A DNA stretch of 64,000 nucleotides from Phycisphaerae bacterium (GCA_963675745.2 CAXXWX010000005.1:64001-128000); one strand, 5' to 3'; shown: positions 1 through 10,285, counted from the first letter of the stretch. Program-made: numbers and translations. Notes: a model not told the origin generated them from the letters alone.

Positions 1-585
1 CAGCATGGCCGCAATTGGCGCTAGAACAATCATCGCGATCGTGCCAATCGCCCCCAGCGGGTTCTCACGGCTGCGACCGCCGCCGCCGAACCACATCAGC
101 ATCCAGCCGGCGTAGCTGATCATGCCGGCCATTACGGCCGCGATCGTCGAGATCAACACATCACGGTGCTTCACGTGTGCCAGCTCGTGCGCCAGCACGC
201 CCTCAATCTCCTCCGGCGGAAACCCGCGCAGCATGCCCTCGGTCAGCGCGACGGCCGCCTTTGATGGGCCGCGGCCCGTCGCAAACGCGTTGGGCGCCGG
301 CTGTGGACAGATGTACACGCGCGGCATCGGCATGCCGGCCCGCTGCGCCAGACGCTCGACCATATCGATCAGCCAAGGCAGTTCGTTACGCGTCACTTCC
401 CGGCCACGCATCGCGGCGATCGCTATTTTGTCGGAGAAGAAAAACGCAATGATGTTGCCCAGCCCGCCGAAAATCAGGCCGATCAGCATCCCGTGCGGCC
501 CCAGGAAGAAATGCCCGAGCAGCATGCACAGGCCAATGAGGCCACCCAACAGCAGTGCCGTTTTGGCGTTATTCACAAATCGCAT
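1..585 (-). CDS. htpX: Zinc metalloprotease HtpX (M48 family), 3' end outside the window
   Basis: Not in the ORF track. Manual minus-strand translation from ATG at 585 gives MRFVNNAKTALLLGGLIG...PNAFATGRGP...EGVLAHELAHVKHRD (HExxH plus PNAFATG motifs, two N-terminal TM helices). Confidence 0.92.
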   Translation of the reverse strand, partial: MRFVNNAKTALLLGGLIGLCMLLGHFFLGPHGMLIGLIFGGLGNIIAFFFSDKIAIAAMRGREVTRNELPWLIDMVERLAQRAGMPMPRVYICPQPAPNAFATGRGPSKAAVALTEGMLRGFPPEEIEGVLAHELAHVKHRDVLISTIAAVMAGMISYAGWMLMWFGGGGRSRENPLGAIGTIAMIVLAPIAAML

Positions 586-978
586 AGTGCCTTCACCTCA
601 TCCAGTCGTTCATGGCGGCAAGCTCGTGGCGACCACTGGATATCATATGGTCGCCGCAAGCTGACTTATCTGCAATCTCCGTTCCACCGATGCCGGAGCC
701 CGGCTCCGGGTGGCGACGCCTCTTAACTTCTGTGATATCAGCATGATAGAACGCTACAGCCGTGGGGCAATCCGCTCCAACGGCCGGTGTGAGCGCCTGC
801 CGAAATTTGCCGGGCCTGCCATATGGGCGCCCCCCTTGCGCCGCATCGGCTGCGTGGTTAGAATCTCGGTGGTGCGTAGCAGGCGCGTGGCCGCGTGGCG
901 CGGGATCAGTGTACCACCGCCGCCGCACCATAACAGACGACCCGTGCTGCGGGTCTGCGTCATCCAACTGGGCTTCAG

Positions 979-2752
<1,774 letters not shown>

Positions 2753-2779
2753 CCAGACGACTCAATCGGAGCCGTTTTT

Positions 2780-2820
2780 GCTGATAGCTGAACGCTGAAA
2801 GCTGATTGCTGAAAGCTGAC
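2780..2820. repeat. Heptamer tandem repeat (GCTGANN x6)
   Basis: gctgata gctgaac gctgaaa gctgatt gctgaaa gctgac, between eno and the next gene. Confidence 0.85.
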
Positions 2821-2825
2821 CAACA

Positions 2826-3365
2826 ATGTCCAACGGCGGCGGCATGGCAACAGTCCTCTTCTGGGTGATGGCCCTGGTGGGCTGTGCCGTGCTGGCACCC
2901 TGTCTCATCCTGCCACCACTGTTCGACTACCACGCCACGCTGGAAATCAACCGCCAGGCCGACCGGCGCAATGCCGCCATGCGCGATCGGCTCGCCGTGG
3001 TGACAAATCAGATCGCCACCATCGAGCGCGACCCGGCGTACATCGAACGACTCGCACGGGAGGAGTTTGGCCTGACTCCCAGCGGCGTCACCCCGATCCG
3101 CGTTGAATCGGCGGACGCCGTGGCGGCGGACAGCGGGCTCAGCACTGATGAAGAGGCCGCCGATCTCGCCGACAGCAAGCTCCCGGAGGTATCGGAGATG
3201 GCCCAGCGTCTGGTGCGCGAATACCCGCTGGCCCGCACTTTCGTCATGCCGGAGACGCGGCCCTACGCCCTGCTGTTCGGCGTCGGCATGCTATTGGCCG
3301 CCGTCCTGCTCCTCGGTTCGCCCCCGCGGCGCACGGCCCAGCCCCCGACGGATTCGCGCGGCTGA
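2826..3365 (+). CDS. Septum formation initiator (FtsB/DivIC-like) protein with an extra C-terminal TM helix
   Basis: N-terminal TM, coiled coil, DPAYIERLAREEFGL signature; sits directly downstream of eno as ftsB does in many bacteria. Confidence 0.7.
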   Translation: MSNGGGMATVLFWVMALVGCAVLAPCLILPPLFDYHATLEINRQADRRNAAMRDRLAVVTNQIATIERDPAYIERLAREEFGLTPSGVTPIRVESADAVAADSGLSTDEEAADLADSKLPEVSEMAQRLVREYPLARTFVMPETRPYALLFGVGMLLAAVLLLGSPPRRTAQPPTDSRG

Positions 3366-3399
3366 ATGGCGACGTACGTGCCTGAGGGCCCCCGCGCTG

Positions 3400-3804
3400 T
3401 CAGTCTCCGCCGCGCGTGCAGCCAGACGAACCGCCCGGCAGCCGTGTCAACGTGTCTTCGGCGAACAGCAAAGCGGCGCGCTCAACCTCAGCCTCGGTGC
3501 AGACGGCCGCCTCGATTCCGTTGCGCGACAAATCCGTCATCAAACGCGGCCCCATGCCACGCGAGATCAACGCCTGGCAATCGGCGAGCGCGTCGAGCAA
3601 CGCCGTGTGGCTGTGCCCCGACTTCCCTTCGTGCGCGTGGGTCTCCGCTCCACAGTCCCCTTGGGCATGATGCGTAAAGCGGTTCGCCCGAAACTCGATA
3701 CGCTTGGCCAGGCCGTCGATGATCTCGTATATCACAAACCCGCCGCAGCGCCCGGTGTGGGCGGCGATGTGCTGCTGATCGTCGGAAGCGATCGCGATTC
3801 TCAT
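3400..3804 (-). CDS. NifB/NifX-family (FeMo-cofactor-binding domain) protein
   Basis: MRIAIAS...HTGRCGGF...DCQALISRGMGPR pattern with a His-rich insert; ATGA overlap with the upstream DUF134 gene. Confidence 0.85.
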   Translation of the reverse strand: MRIAIASDDQQHIAAHTGRCGGFVIYEIIDGLAKRIEFRANRFTHHAQGDCGAETHAHEGKSGHSHTALLDALADCQALISRGMGPRLMTDLSRNGIEAAVCTEAEVERAALLFAEDTLTRLPGGSSGCTRGGD

Positions 3805-4352
3805 GGCATCCGCTCCTCATCAGATGTGTTGTGTGCCAGGTGTCTCCGCCGGCGGCCACCGACACCGCGCCCGCGGACACGGCTGCCGGACTGGCCGCCG
3901 GACCGGCCGTGATGGCGGCCACGACGCCCGCCCGCTCCGGGGGCATCGTTTGCGCGGTGGATATTGGGCGCACCACACTTCGGGCAGGCCGTCGGCCGGC
4001 CGGTGCCGTGCGGCTCGGCCCATGTGTGCCCGCAAGCGACGCAATTGAATGTTCTCTCGATTGCCATTGTGTAGGCTCCCGACTCGAAATGAAGCAGCTT
4101 GCCGTGCAACAGCGCGTCCGCGATCTTCTGACGCGCGCCCGCGACAAGCCTGGCGAACGTCGGCCGCGAAATCTCCATGCGTTCCGCGGCGGCGTCCTGA
4201 TACAGCCCTTCAAAATCCGCCAGCCGTACCGCCTCGAGCTCGTCATGCCGCAACAGCACAACCTCCAATGCGCGCCCCGGCACGCCCTGTGGCTTGAAGC
4301 CGGCGGCAACAGGTTCACGACTCACTCGGCGGCACTTCGGGGCACGTGGCAT
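3801..4352 (-). CDS. DUF134 HTH protein with C-terminal zinc ribbon and Gly/Arg-rich tail
   Basis: MPRAPKCRRV...FKPQG...ELEAVRLADFEGLYQDAAAERMEISRPTFARLV...KIADAL, then CVACGH...CPKCG. Start reassigned to ATG at 4352. Confidence 0.88.
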   Translation of the reverse strand: MPRAPKCRRVSREPVAAGFKPQGVPGRALEVVLLRHDELEAVRLADFEGLYQDAAAERMEISRPTFARLVAGARQKIADALLHGKLLHFESGAYTMAIERTFNCVACGHTWAEPHGTGRPTACPKCGAPNIHRANDAPGAGGRRGRHHGRSGGQSGSRVRGRGVGGRRRRHLAHNTSDEERMP

Positions 4353-4370
4353 AGGCAGTATCTCCGCGGC

Positions 4371-4406
4371 TATTATGAACATATGTTCATAATACGGGCC
4401 TGTCAA
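4371..4406 (-). promoter_or_regulatory. Sigma70-type promoter overlapped by a 24-bp perfect palindromic operator
   Basis: Minus strand TTGACA (4406-4401), 17 nt, TATGTT (4383-4378); palindrome TATTATGAACAT|ATGTTCATAATA at 4371-4394. Confidence 0.8.
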
Positions 4407-4481
4407 TCCCCTTGTCTTGAATCAAGGGGAAAACGCCTCGTCGGCGCCGCGACGCGACGCCGTCAGGATAGGTCCGGGGGT

Positions 4482-5015
4482 CTACGAACTGCGTAACGCC
4501 TTCAGGCCGGCCTTTTGCCGGATGCGATTGGCTTCCGCCCAGGCCTTCGGCGTGGCCGCAAGGAAACGGGTCAAGCTAGACGGACTGACGCCGATGATCT
4601 CGGCCGTTTCCTTCATCCCACCCTTCTGATCGGCCAGCACGTCCAGAATCCGCGCCAGCAACTCCACGCGCTGCGGGTTCTTGTCGCTGATACGCAGACT
4701 ACCCTCCGGCGAGACTGCGCCGGGCGGCCACTGAATCGGCTCGTTGGGCGCCACACGAAAACCGATGCCGATGGCTTCGCGCAGCCGCCGTAGCGCGCGG
4801 GCCTTGTTTTCATGCTGCGATCGGCTTTCCTCGGCCGGGGCGCGCAACCCGCTGGGGCCGTGGTGCAGGCGCACGGCTGACGAGGTCTTGTTGCGCTTCT
4901 GACCGCCGGGACCACTCGCGCGATAGGTGTGAACCTCGCATTCGGCCAAAAGCTCGGCGTCCGAGTAGTAAAGTCGCTCGCGTATCGCCTTGGCGTCATC
5001 TGGGGATGCGGGCAT
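4482..5015 (-). CDS. Class I peptide chain release factor-like (GGQ) protein with C-terminal HTH-like segment
   Basis: HTYRASGPGGQKRNKTSSAVRLHH...EESRSQHENKARALRRLR; start reassigned to ATG at 5015. Confidence 0.85.
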   Translation of the reverse strand: MPASPDDAKAIRERLYYSDAELLAECEVHTYRASGPGGQKRNKTSSAVRLHHGPSGLRAPAEESRSQHENKARALRRLREAIGIGFRVAPNEPIQWPPGAVSPEGSLRISDKNPQRVELLARILDVLADQKGGMKETAEIIGVSPSSLTRFLAATPKAWAEANRIRQKAGLKALRSS

Positions 5016-5195
5016 TTCGGTTCCACTCAACGTGTCAGCGCGCCTCGCGCGTCGCAATGGCCATCGCCTCCTACCGGTCAACTGGCGCCATCCAATCCGG
5101 AAGAGCCACCAACCGGCGTAAGTACAGGATAGCACCTGATCCCCGCCGGTGTCATCAACATTGGACCCTTGACCGTGAGTGAAGCCGGGCCGTTT

Positions 5196-5204
5196 TGGTA
5201 TAAT
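5196..5204 (+). promoter_or_regulatory. Possible extended -10 promoter upstream of the Rhs fragment
   Basis: TGGTATAAT (TGn plus perfect TATAAT), ~70 nt before ATG 5274; no good -35. Confidence 0.4.
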
Positions 5205-5232
5205 GTTGACGGGTCGCTGTGGATCGCGTTTT

Positions 5233-5292
5233 GTGCCACGGCTCTGTGAGCCGTGCTTTGGGGTCGACATTCAATGAACACGGCTCACAGAG
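5233..5292. repeat. REP-like palindrome doublet, second copy truncated
   Basis: GTGCCACGGCTCTGTGAGCCGTG (5233-5255), then an inverted copy CACGGCTCACAGAG (5279-5292) that breaks off into Rhs coding sequence. Confidence 0.75.
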
Positions 5293-6359
5293 ACATTGCT
5301 GAGTGGAGCGTCGATCCCAACGGCGTGTACAATTACGACCCGAACGACCCGAACACGGTCGAATACGCCATGCTCGCGGCACGCGAGTTCCGCGGCGACG
5401 GGATTGGACGGTATCTGGTGCGTGACGTGAACCCGAATACGCTGTCGCCGATGGGACCGACGATCTGGACGGATCGCGTCGGATCGGCGGCGTATGGCGA
5501 CTTCGTCACCGATTACGACCCGAACCTCGTGGTCGCGGACACAACGCGTTACCTCGGCTTCGCCCAGCAGGATTACAACGGCGCGAGTTGGGACAGCACG
5601 TTCCAGCATCACGACATGCTCGGCTCGACCACGCTGACCGCCGAAGACACCGGCCAGCGCGAATACGAGTTCGTCTACACGGCGTTCGGCGAGCTCTGGA
5701 ACTGGCCGGACGACCGCGACCCGAATTACGTCAACGAGCCAGGCACGCCGCCGCCGACGCGCTATCTCTACGCGGGCAACTGGCAATACGAAACCGGCCA
5801 ACTCTACCTCTACGGCACCAACGAAGACCTCCCGCCGATCGTCCTCCAGCACGTCGGCGAGCGCTGGTACCAGCCGAACATCGGGCGGTTCATACAGAGG
5901 GATCCGATTGGGATTCGTGGTGGGTTGAATGTGTATTTGTATTGTGGGGCGAATCCGCTAAGTGTTGTGGATCCACTTGGCTTACGGACGTGGGCTGAGG
6001 CGTTTCTCGACTGGACGGGCGGTCGCGGCCACGTGCCGGTTATTGACTACGGACGCGCTCACACGATTGTGGTCCGCACCGCAGAGATAGTATCATTGGC
6101 GTCACCTGGAGGTGCGGCCAGAGGCACCACGGTGCTGTGCGCTAGAGCTAGTAAGGTAGGTAAGATCGCCCGCACCTTGAAGAGGACAACCGACGAGATC
6201 AAGAAGGCCATTGAGAGGGCCAAGGGCGGCGGAAGGGCAAGCGGTGGCGCGGGGCGGAAGAATCCAGACGTTGAAATTGAACTTGACGGTGATGATATCG
6301 GCGAGATATTCATCGAGGGCACAGACGAGGGGATCGGGAACATTTTTGATTTCTTCTAG
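5274..6359 (+). CDS. Short (N-terminally truncated) Rhs core protein with C-terminal polymorphic toxin tip
   Basis: HHDMLGSTT...YTAFGE...RWYQPNIGRFIQRDPIGIRGGLNVYLYCGANPLSVVDPLGL (Rhs core with DPxGL cleavage motif), followed by a ~125-aa variable, lower-GC tip. Confidence 0.85.
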   Translation: MNTAHRDIAEWSVDPNGVYNYDPNDPNTVEYAMLAAREFRGDGIGRYLVRDVNPNTLSPMGPTIWTDRVGSAAYGDFVTDYDPNLVVADTTRYLGFAQQDYNGASWDSTFQHHDMLGSTTLTAEDTGQREYEFVYTAFGELWNWPDDRDPNYVNEPGTPPPTRYLYAGNWQYETGQLYLYGTNEDLPPIVLQHVGERWYQPNIGRFIQRDPIGIRGGLNVYLYCGANPLSVVDPLGLRTWAEAFLDWTGGRGHVPVIDYGRAHTIVVRTAEIVSLASPGGAARGTTVLCARASKVGKIARTLKRTTDEIKKAIERAKGGGRASGGAGRKNPDVEIELDGDDIGEIFIEGTDEGIGNIFDFF

Positions 6360-6361
6360 AC

Positions 6362-6778
6362 ATGCGACGAGAAAGATTCAATCTGTGCATTCGCATAGTT
6401 GGTCCGCGTCTGGACCCAACGCTTGCAACCGAGCTCATTGGGCTTGAGCCATCTTCTACGATAAGAGTTGGCGAGTCTCTTTCAAAGCGATACCCCCAGA
6501 ATGTCGCTCGTCACGCAGCTTGGTCACGTATCCTAGCCAAGGACGTTCCCTTGCAGGCGCTGGGTTCGACAATCATGCGTGCGGAGAAAGCGATACCCGT
6601 GATTGCCGATACGGAGCTCGACGCGGACATTGATCTGTTCGTGAGCCTCTACGATGTCGAAGACCAAGCATCCATAGAGCTCGAGGCGGAATTACTGCTT
6701 GCGTTGGGCAAGCGCGGTTGGGCATTAGTATTCGATTTGTACCCAGTGATTGATGATGTTCCAGCGCCAGATGAGTAG
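6362..6778 (+). CDS. Putative cognate immunity protein (DUF4279-like)
   Basis: Starts 2 nt after the Rhs stop; lower GC; LDPTLATELIGLEPS...W...IELEAELLLALGKRGWALVFDLY resembles DUF4279. Confidence 0.7.
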   Translation: MRRERFNLCIRIVGPRLDPTLATELIGLEPSSTIRVGESLSKRYPQNVARHAAWSRILAKDVPLQALGSTIMRAEKAIPVIADTELDADIDLFVSLYDVEDQASIELEAELLLALGKRGWALVFDLYPVIDDVPAPDE

Positions 6779-6820
6779 AGGTGGGCGTTGTGGAGCGTGC
6801 GCGCGGTGTTTTGACTGGAC

Positions 6821-7166
6821 CGGCGACGGGATTGGACGGTATCTGGTGCGTGACGTGAACCCGAATACGCTGTCGCCGATGGGACCGACGGTCTGGACCG
6901 ATCGCGTCGGCGGCGCCGCGTATGGCGATTTCACCACGGAGTACTCGGGCGAGACGCTCGTGGTCGACGACACGACGCGTTATCTCGGCTTCGCCCAGCA
7001 GGATTACAACGGCGCGAGCTGGGACAGCACGTTCCAGCATCACGACATGCTCGGCTCGACCACGCTGACCGCCGAAGACACCGGCCAGCGCGAATACGAG
7101 TTCGTCTACACGGCGTTCGGCGAGCTGTGGAACTGGCCGGACGACCGCGACACAAAACGCAGGTAG
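6821..7166 (+). pseudogene. Duplicated Rhs core fragment (near copy of 5393-5720)
   Basis: GDGIGRYLVRDVNPNTLSPMGPT...YTAFGELWNWPDDRD repeated almost identically at nucleotide level (6821-7151); ends before the DPxGL motif. Confidence 0.85.
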
Positions 7167-7207
7167 CCGTGCGATGACGTCAACCACAGTCGAGCGTGCG
7201 CCGGGTC

Positions 7208-9205
7208 TCACTGGCCGCTGAGATTCTCCGGGATTCGCGCGACGACCAGCGAACCGTCCCCGCAACCCCACGCGATTCGTCCTGAATCCGGCGAGAACGC
7301 AACGCGGCGGGCCGCCGTATCCGTGTAGATTCGCAGCAAGGCACCATCGGCGGTGCGCCAAACCTTGATCGTCCCGTCATCGTGACAGGAGGCCAGCAGC
7401 CGGTAATCCGATGAGCAGGCTGTCGCGATAAACTGGCTGTCGTCTTCAACGTTACCCAGATGCTCGCCGTCCGTCATACGCCGGAACCAGAGACTATTGC
7501 CCGACTTGGTGATCAACATCCGGCCGTCGGCGTCAAACCCGATGGGCGTCTCGTCCACGCTCTGCGACCAGACAACCGCGCCATCGCTCGTCTGGCGCAG
7601 CAGGAGCTCCTCCTCCCGGACGGCAACGTGCGCGCCATCCGGTGCCAGCACCGCGGCCGTGGCGAAATACTCGAAGTCGTTCACCAGGGTATATAGCTCC
7701 GTCGCTTCGGGAATCGCCCAGATGGTCAGGCCGGCCTGGCCCGAGCAGCACTTCAGCCAGACAGAGCGGCTGGCGATCAGCAGCGACCTGCCATCAGGGG
7801 CAAAGCCCATGCCAACGACCGGCGCCACCGGTAGTACACAGACCACCTTTTCGTCGGCGAGACGCACCGCGGTTACCCCGCATGTGCAGTATGCGCCGCC
7901 AATCACCAGGTATTGCCCATCAGGCGAGAACCGCAGCGAGCCGATCTGCCCCCTTCTACTGAACACACGTAGCGGAGTGCCGTCGTCGGCCTGCCATTCA
8001 CGCGGCGTATCGAAGTACCTGACCGATGGGACGCCCGAATTAAAGTCGGGGCCGTCGCCTCCGCCGGCCGAGACGAGCGTCTGCCCGTCGGGGCTGAACG
8101 CCACCGCGCCGATCGCGGAGTAATGTGTGGGCAGCTTGCCCAGTGACTCACCGTCAGTAGTGCGCCAGAAGTAGACCCCCAAGTTGCCGTAAGTAACCAG
8201 TTCCTGACCATCGGACACGTACGCAACATTCCAGAAATGCCCGGGCGCATCGAAGTGGCCCATATTGATCTGTGAAACCACTGTGCCGTCGCTGGTGCGC
8301 CAAGTGAACAGCGAATACGACAGAGCGCTCAGAGTGGCTCCGTCGGGGGAAAACACGGCCACGTCGCCGGCGTCGATCTCGGGGTCGCCTGCCAAGGACG
8401 TGCTGCCTTGGAGTTGGCCGTTCGTCAGGTCCCATACCGCCAACGACGCCGGCTCGCGCGTAACAGCGCTGAGTGTCTGCCCATCCGCGGCAAAGCGCAG
8501 AGCGATCGCCGGCGTTGCCAGTGTCTGCTGGACCGTGCCGGCCGCCACGCTCCAGATATTCACCTCCTGTTCCGAGGCCCAGGCGATCGTCTCGCCGTCC
8601 GGCGCGAAGGCTACGACACCACTGCCGTCTGAGTCCGAGAGCGTGCGCAGCAGCCCCCCATCAGAGACGCGCCGCAGATGCAGGGTGCCGTCGCCAACCG
8701 TGGCCAGCGTCCGGCTGTCCGCGCTGAAGACGAGGGCGCTGGCCGCCTGCTGATGCTCATGTGCCCGGCTCCAAAGCAGAACACCGTCCGCCACTCGCCA
8801 CAGGTTCAGCAGGCCATTCGGGTCGGCGGCGGCGAGCATCGTCTCGTCCGGCGTGAAGGCGATGCAAGTGGGGATGTCCATCAGGCCGGTGAGGTGTGGA
8901 CCGGGCCGGTCGTCGTCATGCCGCCACAACTGGACTCCGTCAGGTTCCGGCAAAGCGAGCAGGTTACTGCGAGGCGCGCTGACGAGCGCGGCGGTGGCGG
9001 AGTCAAACGTGGGGCTGTAGCCGGGAGTTTCCCACAGTATGTCCGGCGGCTCGGGTGTGGGTCGCGGGCCCGATCGAATACTCAGATCGGTCGGTGAACC
9101 TGTGTTGGGATTGCCGTCACCGCCCACTCCCGCAAGCTGCGGGCAGCCGCTCAAGGCGCACAGCAAGCCAACCGCACACAACGCACCCATCGTCCGTTTT
9201 GGCAT
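7208..9205 (-). CDS. WD40-repeat (probably double beta-propeller) lipoprotein
   Basis: Lipobox LCALSG-C after ATG 9205; many VAFSPDG...LWR..DG repeats. The ORF-track extension to 9499 reads through intergenic repeats. Confidence 0.85.
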   Translation of the reverse strand: MPKRTMGALCAVGLLCALSGCPQLAGVGGDGNPNTGSPTDLSIRSGPRPTPEPPDILWETPGYSPTFDSATAALVSAPRSNLLALPEPDGVQLWRHDDDRPGPHLTGLMDIPTCIAFTPDETMLAAADPNGLLNLWRVADGVLLWSRAHEHQQAASALVFSADSRTLATVGDGTLHLRRVSDGGLLRTLSDSDGSGVVAFAPDGETIAWASEQEVNIWSVAAGTVQQTLATPAIALRFAADGQTLSAVTREPASLAVWDLTNGQLQGSTSLAGDPEIDAGDVAVFSPDGATLSALSYSLFTWRTSDGTVVSQINMGHFDAPGHFWNVAYVSDGQELVTYGNLGVYFWRTTDGESLGKLPTHYSAIGAVAFSPDGQTLVSAGGGDGPDFNSGVPSVRYFDTPREWQADDGTPLRVFSRRGQIGSLRFSPDGQYLVIGGAYCTCGVTAVRLADEKVVCVLPVAPVVGMGFAPDGRSLLIASRSVWLKCCSGQAGLTIWAIPEATELYTLVNDFEYFATAAVLAPDGAHVAVREEELLLRQTSDGAVVWSQSVDETPIGFDADGRMLITKSGNSLWFRRMTDGEHLGNVEDDSQFIATACSSDYRLLASCHDDGTIKVWRTADGALLRIYTDTAARRVAFSPDSGRIAWGCGDGSLVVARIPENLSGQ

Positions 9206-9388
9206 CGGTCGGTTCCTCCTCACAGCGCGTGACGCGGTGCTCAGGTTTGGCACGCTTCCCCCGCGCAACACGCACAACCGGCATACCTCAGCGCGTTTTC
9301 GCATGCGGCGGACCACCCGAATCCAAGACTTCACCGTCACGGATGTGCAAGTCAGTATACTACACATCCACCGGAGAGGTGTCAGCCC

Positions 9389-9486
9389 CACAGAAAACGT
9401 GTCACCCACAGAAAACGTGCCAGGAAGATTTTCTCGCACCATTGACCACAGAAAAGGTGTCAGGAAGATTTTCTCGCACCATTGAC
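9389..9486. repeat. 40-bp tandem repeat (2 copies plus a partial)
   Basis: CCACAGAAAA(C/G)GTG(C/T)CAGGAAGATTTTCTCGCACCATTGA at 9406-9445 and 9446-9485, preceded by partial CACAGAAAACGTGTCAC. Confidence 0.85.
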
Positions 9487-9493
9487 GCCGGAC

Positions 9494-9518
9494 GAACACG
9501 GCTCACAGAGCGTGGCAC
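9494..9518. repeat. REP-like copy; right-hand 17-bp direct repeat of the Rhs island
   Basis: GAACACGGCTCACAGAG (9494-9510) is identical to 5276-5292 and continues CGTGGCAC, completing the REP. Confidence 0.75.
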
Positions 9519-9781
9519 ACTGCTGCGCCAATGGCGACGGGATCGACACTGTCTTTGACGAACATCCTGTCAGCCGATTACGCGAAGACGCATCTCCGCG
9601 AGTGGATCGTTGCGACTAACGCACCTGGTCCGCTTTCCGCCCTCGGTGCGGGATTGCCCGGCGGCATCCCGCACAAGTGGGCCGGGCGCAATACAATCAC
9701 GACGACGTAGTTGATACACGGAGAATCTTCGATGAGCGCGCGACCTTGCTCGCGTGCGACCGCCGCGGACCAGGAGAAGAC

Positions 9782-10240
9782 ATGCCAGTTGATTGGGTGG
9801 ACAAAATCCTCGATTGCGCCATCGCCAATGAGGAAAAGGCGGCCGAGTTTTATCGCTACCTGGCCGGCGAAGCCCGGCGGGAGGAAGTCAAGCAAGTCTT
9901 TCTGGACTTCGCCCGCGAGGAGGATGCGCACAAGGTCAAGCTGCTGGGCATAAAGGCCGGTAAGGGGCAATTGCTGAGCGAGGAGAGCATTATCGACCTG
10001 GGATTAGCTGAACAACTTCCGGATGAGCCGATCGACCTGGCGGGGAACATGGATTATGAGCAGGCCCTGTCAATCGCCATCAAGGCCGAGCAGGACGCCC
10101 ACGAGCTCTACAGTCGTCTGGCCGAGTCGACCACCGACCAAGCCTGCAAATCAGTACTGCTCGGTTTGGCGCAGGAAGAGGCCAAACACAAGCTGCGTTT
10201 TGAGCTCGAATACGCCGCCCACACGCGGAAAGAAGGCTGA
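9782..10240 (+). CDS. Rubrerythrin/ferritin-like diiron protein
   Basis: AIANEEKAAEFY...EEDAH / AIKAEQDAHELY...EEAKH duplicated ExxH motifs; AGGAG RBS before ATG 9782. Confidence 0.9.
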   Translation: MPVDWVDKILDCAIANEEKAAEFYRYLAGEARREEVKQVFLDFAREEDAHKVKLLGIKAGKGQLLSEESIIDLGLAEQLPDEPIDLAGNMDYEQALSIAIKAEQDAHELYSRLAESTTDQACKSVLLGLAQEEAKHKLRFELEYAAHTRKEG

Positions 10241-10258
10241 TACCCCCCCACCTCAAAA

Positions 10259-10285
10259 CGTAGCGGCCGATCCCCGAGTCGGCCG
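10259..10285. repeat. GTAG-type REP hairpin (copy 1)
   Basis: CGTAGCGGCCGATCCCCGAGTCGGCCG; 26/27 identical to 51432-51458. Confidence 0.7.

Noticed and set aside
590..978. Gene or ncRNA between htpX and the lipoprotein gene
   Set aside because: The ORFs have no coding features; a GC hairpin near 685-713 is present but not assignable.
3400..3804. Nitrogen fixation gene cluster
   Set aside because: Only a stand-alone NifB/NifX-domain protein; no nifHDK or nifEN in the window.
9389..9486. Possible CRISPR array
   Set aside because: Units are directly adjacent with no unique spacers, there are only two full copies, and no cas genes are in the window.
9205..9499. ORF-track N-terminal extensions of the WD40 gene (similarly ispA, the release-factor-like gene, zf-TFIIB and the TIM-barrel gene)
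   Set aside because: They read through intergenic or repeat DNA; downstream starts give proper signal peptides, RBSs or family N-termini.
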